A DNA stretch of 64,000 bases, taken from Paraspadella gotoi. Taxonomy: Eukaryota > Animalia > Chaetognatha. The notes beneath the pieces are model-generated. The model saw only the letters and a list, made by a program, of their open reading frames with translations. It did no database searches and was not told where the DNA came from. Numbering within the stretch: position 1 is the stretch's first letter; each line of letters opens with the position of its first letter. Position numbers and translations under genes: made by a program. The stretch is taken from positions 284,148 through 348,147 of the forward strand of contig CM119264.1 in the NCBI GenBank assembly GCA_051294375.1, written 5' to 3'. This document shows positions 29,015 to 40,939 of the stretch, one piece after another.

Positions 29015-31481
29015 ATCTGCCAACGATTTACTAAAACTCAGTTCTAATAATTTTCAGAGAATAAAATTTTCTCGCCACAAATTTTTGAGAGTGCCCCTAA
29101 AATCTAAGTTTAAACTTTTTCGAAAATTTTAATCTAATCCCTAATCCTAAGCTAATCCTTTACCCTAACTTAACACTTCATTCCCTTAATCCCCAACTCA
29201 TAACCTAATTATTAAGCCAAAAAAATTGATTTAAAATTCAGGTTGAAATAAAGGGATATGGAAAAGACAGCCAATTTGTATTTCAACTGATCACCAAATT
29301 GCTTTCTAATTATAAAAAAATGAAACGGACCTATTTTCCTAGAATACCCTATTCAATCTTAAATTTGGAATTTCTTTTTTTTTTTATTAATGCCAAAAAC
29401 ATTATTAACATAATAAAAAACAGTGACGGTGTATGATTGTATGATTGTATGATTGAAGAAAAAAACAATGAATATTTTTAAAGGCTTTAATTTTCATTAA
29501 TTATCATTAAGAAACCCGTAAGAACGGAGTTTCCAAACGGGACAGACATATATTTTGTGAGTCTTTGAAGCTAAAAACTGGTTCATAGTCTCTCTAATTT
29601 TTGAAATACTAAATACCCAATGCGGTCAAAGTGGTCAAATGATTGAACGAGTTATTAAACAAGGGGAGAGAGAGTAAAAAAGAGAAATGAGGCAACATAT
29701 TTCACAAGGTCAATTTTTTTAGTTAAAAATTTGGTTAGGAGTTAGGGTTAGGGTTAGGGATTAGGGTTAGGGATCCGTTTTTAAATCAAAAAACATATTT
29801 AAATTAAATATTAGGATTAAAATTAAATTCAGAGATGAACAGATATGGGACATTCTCGGGAAAGAGAGTCAAAAAAACTTGTCAACTTTTAGTCTTAAAA
29901 TTACTTTTTAATTTCTGCCAATTCGCATCAGCAGTAAAAAGTAAATCAATCTGTCCTCGCGCCTCTCGAAAAAAAAAGCGCCTACAAAGAATTATCAGCC
30001 TCCAATAAAGAGATGGAGACAGAGAGAGACAGAGACAGAGAGAGACTGGGTGGCTCTCTAACCCCATTTTCCTAATCGGCTTAAGTCAAAAGTAAAAATG
30101 AAAAACTTTTTTATGAAAGAAAAAACAAATTGTTTAGAAAGGACTTACAATCTCTAGTTAAAAAAAACAATTTTGTAAAAATTATTTTAAAACTTTTAAC
30201 TATTTTCGTAGTAATGGAGAGAAAAAAGGGGATTCTTTCATTCTATTCATGTCTTCATTATTTAATGTTTCACTGACTCGTTAACTTATTAGATTTTTCA
30301 CACACAATCGCAATTAATTTCTGCCTTACTAACTAAATCACTCAAATGCTCACTATTAGTGACACTAAACTAATCACTCACTTCACTCATTAACTTTTTC
30401 CTTAGCCTTAAGAGTTATTTTTAACATTTAAATAAGAATTTTGTCCCAATCGAGGTATATTTTTTGCATTATGGCACTACCGTATTAAGTATTAGCAGTT
30501 TCACTGGCCAAAGAGATTATTTTAAGTTCTTATCAGACTGGGATCATTCCATTGACAGTAAGTGGACCTCATTCTTCCCAAATGGCATCATGTAAAGTTT
30601 GGGCGAGACATAACCATTACCTAAAAACTAAAACCTTCTAAATAAATAGATTTAAATTTAAAATATTTTTATGTAGTAAAGTCTTAACTTATTTAACATC
30701 ATTTGCATTATTTTTTGTTTTTTGAAATGTTGAGTGTCGTCCAACTTCTTTTTTTCCCTCTCTTTTCCTCTTCTTTTCTTTTTAAGTCGGATTTGCTTAT
30801 CAGCAAATTCCGACTCTATAATTCACTTTGTTGGTTCGTCGATCCCACCCCTAAATCTTGTCGGTAAATTAAAAAATGATGTCCGTCTGTCTGTCTGTCT
30901 GTCCGTCCGTCCGTCCGTCCGTCCGTCTGTCCGTCCCCCTTAGAATTAAACTCCAATTACTCGTGACACTTTTTGGTCGGTCAGTCAGTTGGTATGTCTG
31001 TCCATTGGTCTGTTTTACTTTCATTTTAACTATTTATAACTCCAGTTATATTGCACTTATTAAGTTCATTAGTTGTTCACTTGATATTTTATAAAGTACT
31101 GAATAATGTTGTTAATACTTGGCTAAATGCCTTTTGTAAATATGTTTTTTAATTGTATAGTCATGTAACCATGCAAAACTATGGTCACATAATCACCATA
31201 TATATATATGTAGAATATTTTGTATAATATTTGGTTATTTTAGTTGAAACTTTACCAAAAAGTGATCAACAATAAGACATTTATTAGACATAAATTTTAT
31301 AATTATATAATCACATAATTACATGTAAAACTTGTGAATTACCGTTCTTGTTTCTTAATTCCTTTATTTTCTTATTTTTTTCCTTATTTTTTTTTCTCTG
31401 AGTCTAAATCATTTGCGACTCCATTTCTATCGAATGAAAAATGATTCTAGCGACGCAGAATCGATGTCGCCAGCTTCGTCC

Positions 31482-31569
<88 letters not shown>

Positions 31570-31641
31570 TTCTCCCATCTCTCCCCAATTCAATCTTTAC
31601 CACCAAACCTCAACACGCCTCATCTGCAATCTGGCATTGCA

Positions 31642-32106
31642 ACAAGTTCACCTGCCTGTAAAGCACAAATTCACCCTGCTGTAAAGCAACAAAGTTCACC
31701 CTGCCTGTAAAGTACAAGTTCACCCTGCATGTAAAGTAGAAAGTTCACCCTGCTGTAAAAACAAGTTCACCCTACCCTGTAAAGAACAAGTCACCCCTGC
31801 CTGTAAAGCAACAAGTTACCCTGCCTGTAGAAACAGTTCACCTGCCGTGATCACCTGTAAAGTAACAAGTTCACCCTGCAGTAAAGTCAACAAGTTCCAC
31901 CCTGCCTGTAAGAAACAAGTTCACCAGCTTTAAAGCAACAAGTTCACCCTGCCTGTAAAGAACAAGTTCACCCATGCCTGTTAAAGCAAGTTCACCCTGC
32001 TGTAAAGAAACAAGTCACCCTGCCTGTAAAGCAACAAGTCACCCTGCCTGTAAAGCAACAAGTTCACCCTGCCTGTAAAGCAACAAGTTCATCCTGCCTG
32101 CAAAGC
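31642..32106. repeat. ~25-bp tandem repeat AAAGCAACAAGTTCACCCTGCCTGT (~19 copies)
   Basis: Directly visible. Confidence 0.9.
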
Positions 32107-32271
32107 ATGGCTCCTTCAGTAAGGAGAAATAAATTTAAAAAACTAAGAGTTTTGTAATATTTCCCAGAGATGACGAAATTTAATTTTTTTTTTTAATTTG
32201 GTGATTAGTTGATACTAGTGCGGAGTACAATAAGTATTCCCCGATCTAATACTTAAGGGAGTGGTCTTTTC

Positions 32272-32512
32272 ATACAATTGAAACATTCTTTGAAATATTT
32301 TCCACTTCATTGATAGGGAAGCCAGGTACTCTGGGAGTGAATAAACAAGACTGTGAGAGAGTCTTGATTGAAAGCTTGCAGGGACCTGCTATGTCATTAT
32401 CTTGTGAGAGTGATGGAGGCCTTAAACCACCAAAGCCTGTCCAAAGTCAGGGGCAAGATAGCTTATTTATTAAATGAATGGATAATTTTTATATTGGTTG
32501 TACCAATTTCAT
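32272..32512. repeat. Dispersed interspersed repeat family (inverted partial copies at ~5258-5350 and ~9866-10020)
   Basis: GAGGCCTTAAACCACCAAAGCCTGTCCAAAGTCAGGG is the reverse complement of ~5316-5351; GGGAAGCCAGGTACTCTGG is the reverse complement of ~9980-9998. Confidence 0.7.
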
Positions 32513-32821
32513 AGAAGCATTTAAAGTTCATCGTTTTTTTCGAATTTATAATTATTAAAAACGGATTCTGTAGTGTTTACACTTTACACAATATAAATGT
32601 TTACAGCTCTTGCATAGAAAATTACTCTGTGGAGCGTGCACTGCACACATTATTATGAACAATGCATAGTAATCTTTTATTAACACTCATTTATATCTTT
32701 TAACATCCAAAAAATTGCTTTTTTTCCCCACAGTTATTCTCACAATCTTATCCCACACCTATCCTCACATTTTTACCCGCACTCTCGTCCCACACTTGTC
32801 CACACACTTTTTTTCACCCAG

Positions 32822-33057
32822 ATCATCCTCAGCTTCCCTCATTTCTCGAATCTCCAAAATTTCTGCCAAAAAGTTGGCGACAAATTCGTCCCCGAGTTCG
32901 AATCCTGCAACCCGACGTTTTTCGGTCACGTGACCGACGATCCCGACGTCAAACTCGCGGCCGACAACTTTGCCTACCGACGGGATCTCTTCCTCGTGGC
33001 CGACAAGAGGAGAGAGATGAATTTTCAAGAAAGGGACGAACTCTTTATTCGGATGAA
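32822..33057 (+). CDS. Probable exon of an unidentified host gene
   Basis: Acceptor TTTTTTTCACCCAG, donor AA|GTGAG, 78 open codons with C-ending bias: IILSFPHFSNLQNFCQKVGDKFVPEFESCNPTFFGHVTDDPDVKLAADNFAYRRDLFLVADKRREMNFQERDELFIRM. Confidence 0.65.
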
Positions 33058-33517
33058 GTGAGGCGGGTGAGAAGGGGGTGAGTTGGGGGAGGGAAGTAAG
33101 TTTTGAAGCGGGAGATCGATTATGAGAGAAAATATTATTTGGGTTTATGGAAGAGAGAGACAGAGAGAGTGAGTTTTTAGAGAGAGCGCAATTAAAAACC
33201 TTTTTTTTTCACTATGTCATGTAATAATTTTCAAAGAAGAGAAATAGTTACTAGTCGCTGAAATTAAACTAATGAAGACAAATTGAAATATCACAAAGCA
33301 TTTGACTGACTTACATTGAGAAAGATAAAGAGAGAAATAAAGAGGGAGGGAAAGATAAAGAAAGTCTGAAAGAGGGAAAAAGAGAGAGGGGAATATAAAG
33401 AATAAAAAAATATAGAAATAAAATAAAGAAAGATAGAAAAATAGAAAGAAAGGGCAGAAAAAAGTAGAAAGAAAGTGAAAGAAAAGTGGAAAGATAGAGA
33501 AAGAAAAACACAATTAA

Positions 33518-33780
33518 ATCCTCTCTTTCCATCCCCTTATCCTCTCTTTTCACCTCCTCATCCTCTCTTTCCATCTCCTCATCCTCTCTTTCCATCTCCT
33601 TATCATCTCTTTCCATCTCCTCGTCCTCTCTTTCCACCTCCTCCTCTCTTTTCACCTCCGCATCCTCTCTTTTAACCTCCTCATCCTCTCTTTCCATCTC
33701 CTTATCTTCTCTTTCCATCGCCTCATCCTCTCTTTTCATCTCCTCGTCCTCTCTTTTCAACTCATCATCATCTCTTTCCA
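33518..33780. repeat. 21-bp tandem repeat TCCATCTCCTCATCCTCTCTT (~12 copies)
   Basis: Directly visible; produces the spurious EREDEEM ORF. Confidence 0.9.
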
Positions 33781-34077
33781 CCCACTTTTCTTTTACTCCT
33801 CGTTTTTGCCCTCAAACGTATCTCAAACCCTTGAAATATATATATANNNNNNNNNNNNNNNNNNNNNNNNNAGAATAAAGTAGCCCTATTAATAAAACAA
33901 GACGGTGAATCTATGCAAACGGTAATATTAAATGACAAAGAAAGTATTTTAAATATTAAGCTCCTATCAAATAATTTAAAACAATTACATGACCAGTTCA
34001 TAACAAGAATAACAGTACAAGCATTTTATTTAATGAATCATCCCCACATATTTAATCAGCAAATCCTGCACAGAAAA

Positions 34078-34240
34078 TTATCCCCACATCTTTTTGCTGC
34101 GTATTCATCCCCGCCGTTCTTTTTGCTGCGAATCATCCCCACGTCTTTTTGCTGCGAATCATCCCCGCGTCTTTTTGCTACGAGAATCATCCCCGCGTCT
34201 TTTGCTGCGAATCATCCCGCATATTTTTGCGTGCGAATCA
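34078..34240. repeat. ~26-27-bp tandem repeat ATCCCCGCGTCTTTTTGCTGCGAATC
   Basis: About six degenerate copies visible. Confidence 0.8.
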
Positions 34241-35269
34241 TGTTAGGAATATTGGATTAGATAAATCTTGGTTAAAAAACTTTTTTTTTATCATTTTATT
34301 TAATAAAATTAGCAGATCATTGATAATTACAATAAAATCTTATTTAACAGAATGGACAATTGCTATTTGCTATTTCATCGATGCTTAGTAGCGTTTTTTA
34401 TTCAATTATAATTCTAAGAAAAATTTTGTATATACCCAACCACACATTTATTATCAGTTTAGTTTGAATTTTTAATATTTGAATATAATTCCAAATGAAT
34501 TAACCTGGATGCCGCTTCCTCCACTTCCTGGGCCCAATGGTAAACAGCTGGGACCCAAGTCATCCCCAAAAACATCAGCTATATAAAAAAATGATAATTT
34601 GTTAAATGCAGTACACAAAAATGACAATGTTATAAGAAAAAAAAAAATTTAAAACAACCGAATGATTTAATACGATTCAAAAAATAAGGACTCGTGTCTG
34701 AAAAAGATTAAAAATAGAACTATTGAATGATATGGAAAATAAAAAATATTAAAATTTAATAATCTCGCCAGATGTTACTATTGAAAAAATGGAAAAAATC
34801 TATAAAATCACAATGATCCATCGCTGAATATTATCTACAAAAAAAACGATAAAGTCTGGCGAGATAAAATAATGGTGATGTTTATTTATTACAACTTGCT
34901 GCACTATATTGCCCCCCCTACCTCTTTGTCCGTCTCGCCACTAAGGTCGCAGAAGTACTTGCTGAGAACTGGACACGGAATTCTCCCCTCTCCGTTGTTC
35001 TTGCAAAAACTGACAGTGGCGCGCGCTTAGACCGCCCTAGTACTTCTCGTCCGTCTCGCCTCAGATCGGGGGCGAGACAAGGAAGAGTGGCTTGGTGGCG
35101 GCGGCAAAGCCTGTGGCGTGCATGGTGGACAATTCTAAAACCGCTTAAAAAACTGCTAAAAAAAACTACCATTTGCAAAATCCATGAAAAAAAATTAATT
35201 ATTTATTTATTATATACTTTATAAAATTTATATTTAAATTATTATATATTTAGCTAAAACTTTAATTTT

Positions 35270-36066
35270 ATAACTTACCCTAATTTATCTTTAACCTTAA
35301 CTACCTAAACTTCAAACCACCCTATTCCTCACCTAATTTCCCTCAACCCTAATTTCCCTCAACCCTATTTCACCCTTCAACTAATATTCCCCTCAACCCT
35401 AATTTTACCCCCACTTAATTTACCCCCCCCCACCCCTAATTTACCCAACCCTAATTTACCCAAACCTAATTACTAACCTTAATTTACCCTTAACCCTAAT
35501 TTCCCTCAAACCCTAATTTCCCTCAACCTAATTTCCCTCAACCCTAATTTAACCCAACCAAGCCTTAATTTTACCCCCCACCCTAATGTTACCCAAACCC
35601 TAATTTTACACTTTCCCTAACCTATTTCCTTACCATTTCCTACCCTAATCCCTACCCTAATTCTCCCAATTTACCCCAACCTTAATTTACCCCACCCTTA
35701 CCCCAACCTCGTCCCCTAATTCCCTAACCTAATTCCTCACCATTACCTTAAATTTACCCTCAAACCTTAATTATCCCTACCTAATTTACCCCCCACCTAA
35801 TTTACCCCCACCCTAATTACCCTAACCTTAATTTCCCTCAACTTAATTTACCCTCAACCTTAAATTATCCCTACCCTAATTTACCCCCACCTAATTTACC
35901 TCCAACCCTAATTTACCTCCAACCCTAATTTACCTCCAACCCTAATTTACCCCAACCTTAATTTACCCCAACCCTAATTTCCCACAACTCTAATTTACCC
36001 CAAACCTTAATTTACCCCCACCCTAAATTCCACCCCCCAACCCTAATTTACTCCCAACCCCTAATT
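35270..36066. repeat. Degenerate ~17-18-bp CCCTAA-containing minisatellite (CCCTAATTTACCTCCAA-like), telomere-like
   Basis: Dozens of ACCCTAATTT(A/C)CC units. Related degenerate tracts at ~505-740, ~23500-23630 and ~29130-29210, and near-perfect TTAGGG repeats at ~29733-29772. Confidence 0.85.
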
Positions 36067-36126
36067 AACTTACGTTTAATCTTAATTTTTTTTAATTTAA
36101 TTTTTTTTGCACAAAAAATTTATAAC

Positions 36127-36178
36127 AAAAAAACGCTGATGAAGACTTGAATTAGAATCGAAACATGTCCATTTTTTT
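36127..36178 (+). ncRNA. Minimal type I hammerhead ribozyme (Penelope-like-element type)
   Basis: AAAAAAACG-CTGATGA-AGACTTGAATTAGAATC-GAAA-CATG-TC-CATTTTTTT. Core CUGAUGA and GAAA, palindromic stem III ACATGT, GUC cleavage triplet; stem I AAAAAAACG/CATTTTTTT has one mismatch and stem II is imperfect. Confidence 0.7.
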
Positions 36179-36184
36179 TCCTTG

Positions 36185-36375
36185 TCGTCGACGAAAGGCT
36201 TGAGACGGTCAGATGGAAGTCGAGGTTTCGGAGACTTGGGCCCGCGAAGTCGAGGCGAAAGAACGGCTCCTCAAGAAAACGATCTCAAATGGGGCCTGTC
36301 ATAGATTCGCGAGGCCGTCGCGGCGGACGAGCGCAAAGCGGCAACTTTGGAGGCCGCTCGGGATCTTTTGGGATG
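36185..36375 (+). CDS. Probable downstream (terminal) exon of the same host gene, error-containing
   Basis: Follows a polypyrimidine tract; phase-compatible reading NRRRKA.DGQMEVEVSETWAREVEAKERLLKK...IREAVAADERKAATLEAARDLLG-stop. Needs one stop and one frameshift corrected, and the acceptor AG is not intact. Confidence 0.4.
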
Positions 36376-38435
36376 ATTAGATTGAGAAAAGCGTCTTCAG
36401 TATTCGTATTTTGGGCAAATAGTTCTTGATAACTATATCGACTGTTTTTTAACTTAGTCGTGACTCCCCGGTCAAAACGCCCGCAGTTTTACGAAACATC
36501 CAAAATTTTCTAAAAATTTCTAAAAAATAACAATAAAAAGTAGCTATTAACGTAAAATCTATCTATTCATTATAATTTTTCGTAAAAAAAGAAAAAAAAA
36601 ATCGGGCGGGAATAATGTTTATAAACACGAAAATCCCAAACTCCTCTGATTCGTGAACCGCGGCTGGCTCGAACGGAGTGCCATGGCTTTTCGATTTGGT
36701 CTTGGCGTAATGTAAGTTATGCGCATTAGGCCATGTAAAGAATCCCAGAGCAAACAAAAGTCCAGGATTTCCTCTTTTCTTTCATATAAAACACGTAAAT
36801 TTTTTCGAAGTGCTCCACCCAGAAACATAAGACAACGCAGAAATTGATCTCTCAGTCAGTTTAATAGAACTAATTAAGACTGGCGACACGGGGAATTAAG
36901 CGAAAAACTCGTTAACAGGATTATTAAATTAAACAAGCAAGCTTTGCGTAAAATTTAAAAAAAAATTAAACTTGTTTTAGACAAATCAAAAATCTATCTG
37001 ACTGTGTAACCATATGTATATATTTTAGTCTAGTCTCGGAGACATGAGTTAATTCAAAGTTTACCGAACAGTGAAAATTCGGGTTTTATTTGAAACCAGT
37101 CCACTTTGGTTCATCCTACCATAATCAAGAGCCGAATTTTTTCGAGTGCCCCACCGACACTGGGCTTCCAAAGACGCCCGCTTTCGAAATCTAACATTTT
37201 TTATAATATTTAATTCCGGTCTTTGCAGGGAATTAAGAGCGTGACCAAAAAAAAAAAAAAAAAGCCGTTGAAAACACCCTGGAATCCTGAATCCCCCCTC
37301 GGCCCGAAACGGAAATTGTTTTCTCTAACCCTAATGTTAATTTTTCTTTAATCCTTTAATCTTCTCTTCTCTTTTGTTCGAAGAATCTTGAATAATTTAA
37401 TCGCTCAGGAGAGAGAGAGAGGAGAGAGAGAGACGAGACGAGAGAAGAGAGAAAAGTTTGATTTTTATTTGATTCAATTTATTTCGCTTACAATACAATA
37501 CAATATAAGTTGTTTAATGAAACGGTGTAATATAAGAGTGAGTAATATAAAAACATATTTTTTAAATAAAAAATAATAAAAAAAGAAAATGAATTAACAC
37601 CTCGTATCTATTACAAAAAATGAGAATCTTAACAAATATGAGATGAACTTTTATTAGGAAATTCATTGTGATAAAAGCAAAAATTGTTTTTTTATTTGAA
37701 ATTGCTCTGACATCATCTGTCGTTAGGAATAAAGCACAAACAGAGAACAAAAGTAACTAAAAGTTTTATCACATTATTTTTTATTTGAAAAAAATATGGG
37801 AGGATATTCTTTTTAGTGTGTGTGATTGTTATCAGCTTTTAAATGAAATTAAAATATTTGCATATTAAACCCGTTCTCTTTCTTAGGCTTCAGAGAAACA
37901 GAGACAGAGAGAAAGAAGACAGGACAGAAAAAAGACAGACACAGAAAGAGAGAGAGAGATTTGATTTGATTTATTCTGCTCATAATGTTTAATAAAAACA
38001 CATTTAACAATCACAGGATCGTAAGAAGCCGTACATGGATATTATGTACATACAAGTATGTAAAAAAAAAGGAGAGAGAGATATATATATGCGAAAAAAT
38101 ATACCCCGTTTTATGCGTGATGAAATAAGAAAGAGATAGAGACAGAGAGAGACACAGAGAGAATGAGGCACACAGAGAGAGAAAGATACAGATAAAGCGA
38201 CAAAGAGAAGTGAGAAAGAGAGAGAGAGAGAGAGAGATACAGCGCCCAAAAGAGAAGAAAGAGAGAGATGAAAAAAGAAAGAGAGAAAGAAAAAAGAGAG
38301 AGAGAGAGAGAGAAGAGAGAGGAGAGAGAGAGAGAAAAAAAAAAAGAGCCAGAACTGCTACAGTTCCAAGAGAAGAAAGAGACAGAGAGAAAGAGCCAGA
38401 TACGGATACTATACAGCGATAAAGAAGAGAGAGGA

Positions 38436-38481
<46 letters not shown>

Positions 38482-38829
38482 GAGAGAGAGAGATAAAGAG
38501 AAGGAGAGAAAGAGCCAGCTACAGATACAGCGACAAAGAGAAGAGAGAGAGAGAGAATTAAAATAAAATTTGAAAAAGAAGAAGCCCAGAGAGAGAAAGA
38601 GAGAATATCTTTTGCAGAAAAATTAAGACTCGAGAGTAACTCTTGAGTATCATCATCAACTTTCACGGTCGGAAAGATTCACTCGGAAACTTCACTGAAT
38701 CACGTGATCAAACGACAAAAAAACAGACAACAACAACGACGACAACAATAACATTACCTTCATCCATTTCTCCTCCAACTAAGTACAACGGAGTCCGTTT
38801 AAACCGACGGAGATGTAGAGATAGAGAAG

Positions 38830-39665
38830 TACAGATGGCATTGACTGGCAGAGGAGATGGCATCGACCAGCAGAGATAGTATTTACTGGCAGAGGAGATG
38901 GCATTTACTGGCAGAGATGGTATTGACTGGCATAGGAGATGGCATTGACTGTCAGAGGAGATGGTATTGACTGACAGAGATGGCATTGACTGGCAGTGGA
39001 GATGGTCTTGACAGGCAGAGGAGATGGCTTTGACTGACAGAGGAGAAGGCATAGACCGACCGAGAAGATGTCATTGACTGACCGAGGAGATGTCATTGAC
39101 GGACAGAGGAGATAGCATTCATTGGCTGAGGAGATGGCATTGACGGACAGAGGATATGTCATTGACTGACAGAGGAGAAGGTATTGACCGACCGAGAAGA
39201 TGTCATTGACTGACAGAGGAGATGTCATTGACGGATAGAGGAGATGTCATTCACTGGCAGAGGAGTGATGTCGAGTGATGGCATTGTCAGTAGTGTGATG
39301 AAATTGCCAGTCGAGCTATGGCATTGCCAGATGAGTGATGGCATTGTCAAATGAGTAATGGCATTTTCAAATGAGTGATGGGATTGCCAGTTGAGTGATG
39401 GCATTGCCAGTTGAGCAATATCGTAGCCAGTCTAGTAATGGCATTGCCAATCTAGTAATGGCATTGCCAGTCTAGTAATGGCATTACCAGTCTAGTAATG
39501 GCATTGCCAGTCTAGTATTGGCATTACCAGTCTAGTAATGGCATTGCCAGTCTAATAATGGCATTGCCAGTCTAGTAATGGCATTACCAGTCTAGTAACG
39601 GAATTGCCAGTCTAGTAATGGCATTGCCAGTTTAGTAATGGCATTGCCAGTCTAGTAATGGCACC
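38830..39665. repeat. Compound minisatellite: 22-bp GATGGCATTGACTGGCAGAGGA array grading into 20-bp GCATTGCCAGTCTAGTAATG array (copy ~57847-58670)
   Basis: Directly visible. Confidence 0.9.
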
Positions 39666-39989
39666 CTTGAATACGAAAATATCTTTTTTTTTTGCGTCTC
39701 GAAAATTTTCGTGTCGTCAACAAAATCATTTTTTATTTCTTTCTTCCGCAAATTCGTTTTACTCAACCCTCCTCTCCCCTTGCCCTCACTTCACTCCTAT
39801 CAATTTGTGGTTCATTTCAAATGAGATTGAGTTATTCAATCTATTTTACATATTTGTAGCAGTTTAGATTATTTCTCATATATTTTGATAATATTTTTAT
39901 AAAAATACTATTTTAATATTTTAACAATACTTTTAATAGAGTTTAATAATAATTTAGTTTTCCAGTTTATCATCGCAGAGGAATCAAAC

Positions 39990-40278
39990 TTAAGTAAAGA
40001 AATCGGAAGTAGAATGGAACCCTCTCATTGGCCAGGAGACAAATGGCACCAGCCAATGACCAGATGGGCTTCTTTCCACCGATGATATTTTACCTTTACC
40101 TCCGATCCGATGGAACTGTATAAATTGGGAACAAAATTGTATTGATTTATTCTGCCTGGAAATTGACACCGTCTTGTTGTTGTTTATCTTCTGAGAAATA
40201 AATTCCATTCTGGTTTCAAATTTAAATCCCTGTCTACTTACTTAAATGTGGTGGCAGCGGTAGGATTCGAACCCACGC
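39990..40278 (+). mobile_element. LTR (~257 bp) plus tRNA-Leu primer-binding site of a truncated LTR retrotransposon (second copy 58994-59272)
   Basis: Termini TGTAAGTA (seen in the copy at 58994) ... TACTTAAA (near TACTTACA); internal ATTGG/CCAAT, TATAAA (~40118) and AATAAA (~40197). Followed by TGGTGGCAGCGGTAGGATTCGAACCCACGC, complementary to a tRNA-Leu 3' end including CCA. Confidence 0.7.
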
Positions 40279-40283
40279 TCCCC

Positions 40284-40460
40284 TTTTTTAGTCGGATCGG
40301 CTTAGCAGCAGATTCCGACTCTATAATTCACTTTGTCGGTCGGTCCATCCACCCCCAAAATCTTGTCGGTAAATCATTTTATCATATCAGAACATCGAAT
40401 TATGATAAATTTTGCAAAAAAAATGATGCCTATCCGTCTATCCGTCCGTCCCCCTTAGCA
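40284..40460 (+). mobile_element. HINE/DINE-1-like non-autonomous Helentron-type element 5' part (copies ~25322-25510, ~30778-30945, ~59277-59452, and minus strand ~6052-6245)
   Basis: TTTTT-AGTCGGA...TCCGACT hairpin, then CTATAATTCACTTTGTCGGTCGG and a (GTCC/GTCT)n microsatellite, as in DINE-1/HINE elements. Confidence 0.6.
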
Positions 40461-40469
40461 ATAATATCC

Positions 40470-40939
40470 AATTGTCAATTGACAAAATTATACAAGTTGA
40501 CCAAATTATGGCGGTTGACCAAATTATGCCAATTGATCAAATTATGCAAGTTGACCACATTTTGCAAGTTGACCAAATTATACAAGTTATACAAGTTATA
40601 CAATTATACAAGTTGATTGCTTGATTGATTTATTGAGTGACCAAATTATGCCAGTTAACCAAATTATGCCGGTTGACCAAATTATGCCTGTTGACCAAAT
40701 TATGCCAGTTGACCAAATTATGCCAGTTGCCAAATTATGTCAGTTGAGCAAATTATGTCAGTTGACAAAATTATGCCAGTTAACCAAATTATGCCAGTTG
40801 ACCAAATTATGCCTGTAGACCAAATTATACCAGTTGACCAAATAATGTCCATTGACCTAGTTCCCGGTTGACTAAAAAATGCAAGTTGATTAAATTATAC
40901 AAGTTGATTAAATTATGCAAGTTGACCAAATTATGCCAG
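40470..40939. repeat. 18-bp tandem repeat TGACCAAATTATGCCAGT (copies ~43010-43170 and ~59462-60045)
   Basis: Directly visible; produces LTKLCQ and DQIMPV pseudo-ORFs. Confidence 0.9.

Larger units (their letters stand above)
10699..31560. other. Three overlapping noisy copies of one locus (~10699-16682, ~16708-26243, ~28243-31560) separated by 25-N gaps
   Basis: The same landmarks recur (GAAGTAAAATGTAAAGAGG at 10699 and 16708; CACATTTAG...AAAACTAAAACTCAG at ~15750, ~21474 and ~28302) with indel-type divergence. Confidence 0.85.

Noticed and set aside
29733-29772. True telomere
   Set aside because: Only a few interstitial TTAGGG units with unique sequence on both sides.
32893-32925. Pol III B-box (GTTCGAATCC) suggesting a tRNA or SINE
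   Set aside because: No cloverleaf or convincing A-box, and it lies inside a well-formed coding exon.
33311-33781. Acidic EREDEEM-repeat protein
   Set aside because: A 21-bp minisatellite inside a probable intron; the ORF continues into low-complexity T-rich sequence.
34920-35110. hAT-like terminus CAGTGGCG and GTCTCGCC...GGCGAGAC hairpin
   Set aside because: No matching opposite terminus or TSD could be established by eye.
40249-40278. tRNA-Leu gene
   Set aside because: Only the 3' ~30 nt with encoded CCA is present, with no D-arm or anticodon arm. Better explained as a primer-binding site.
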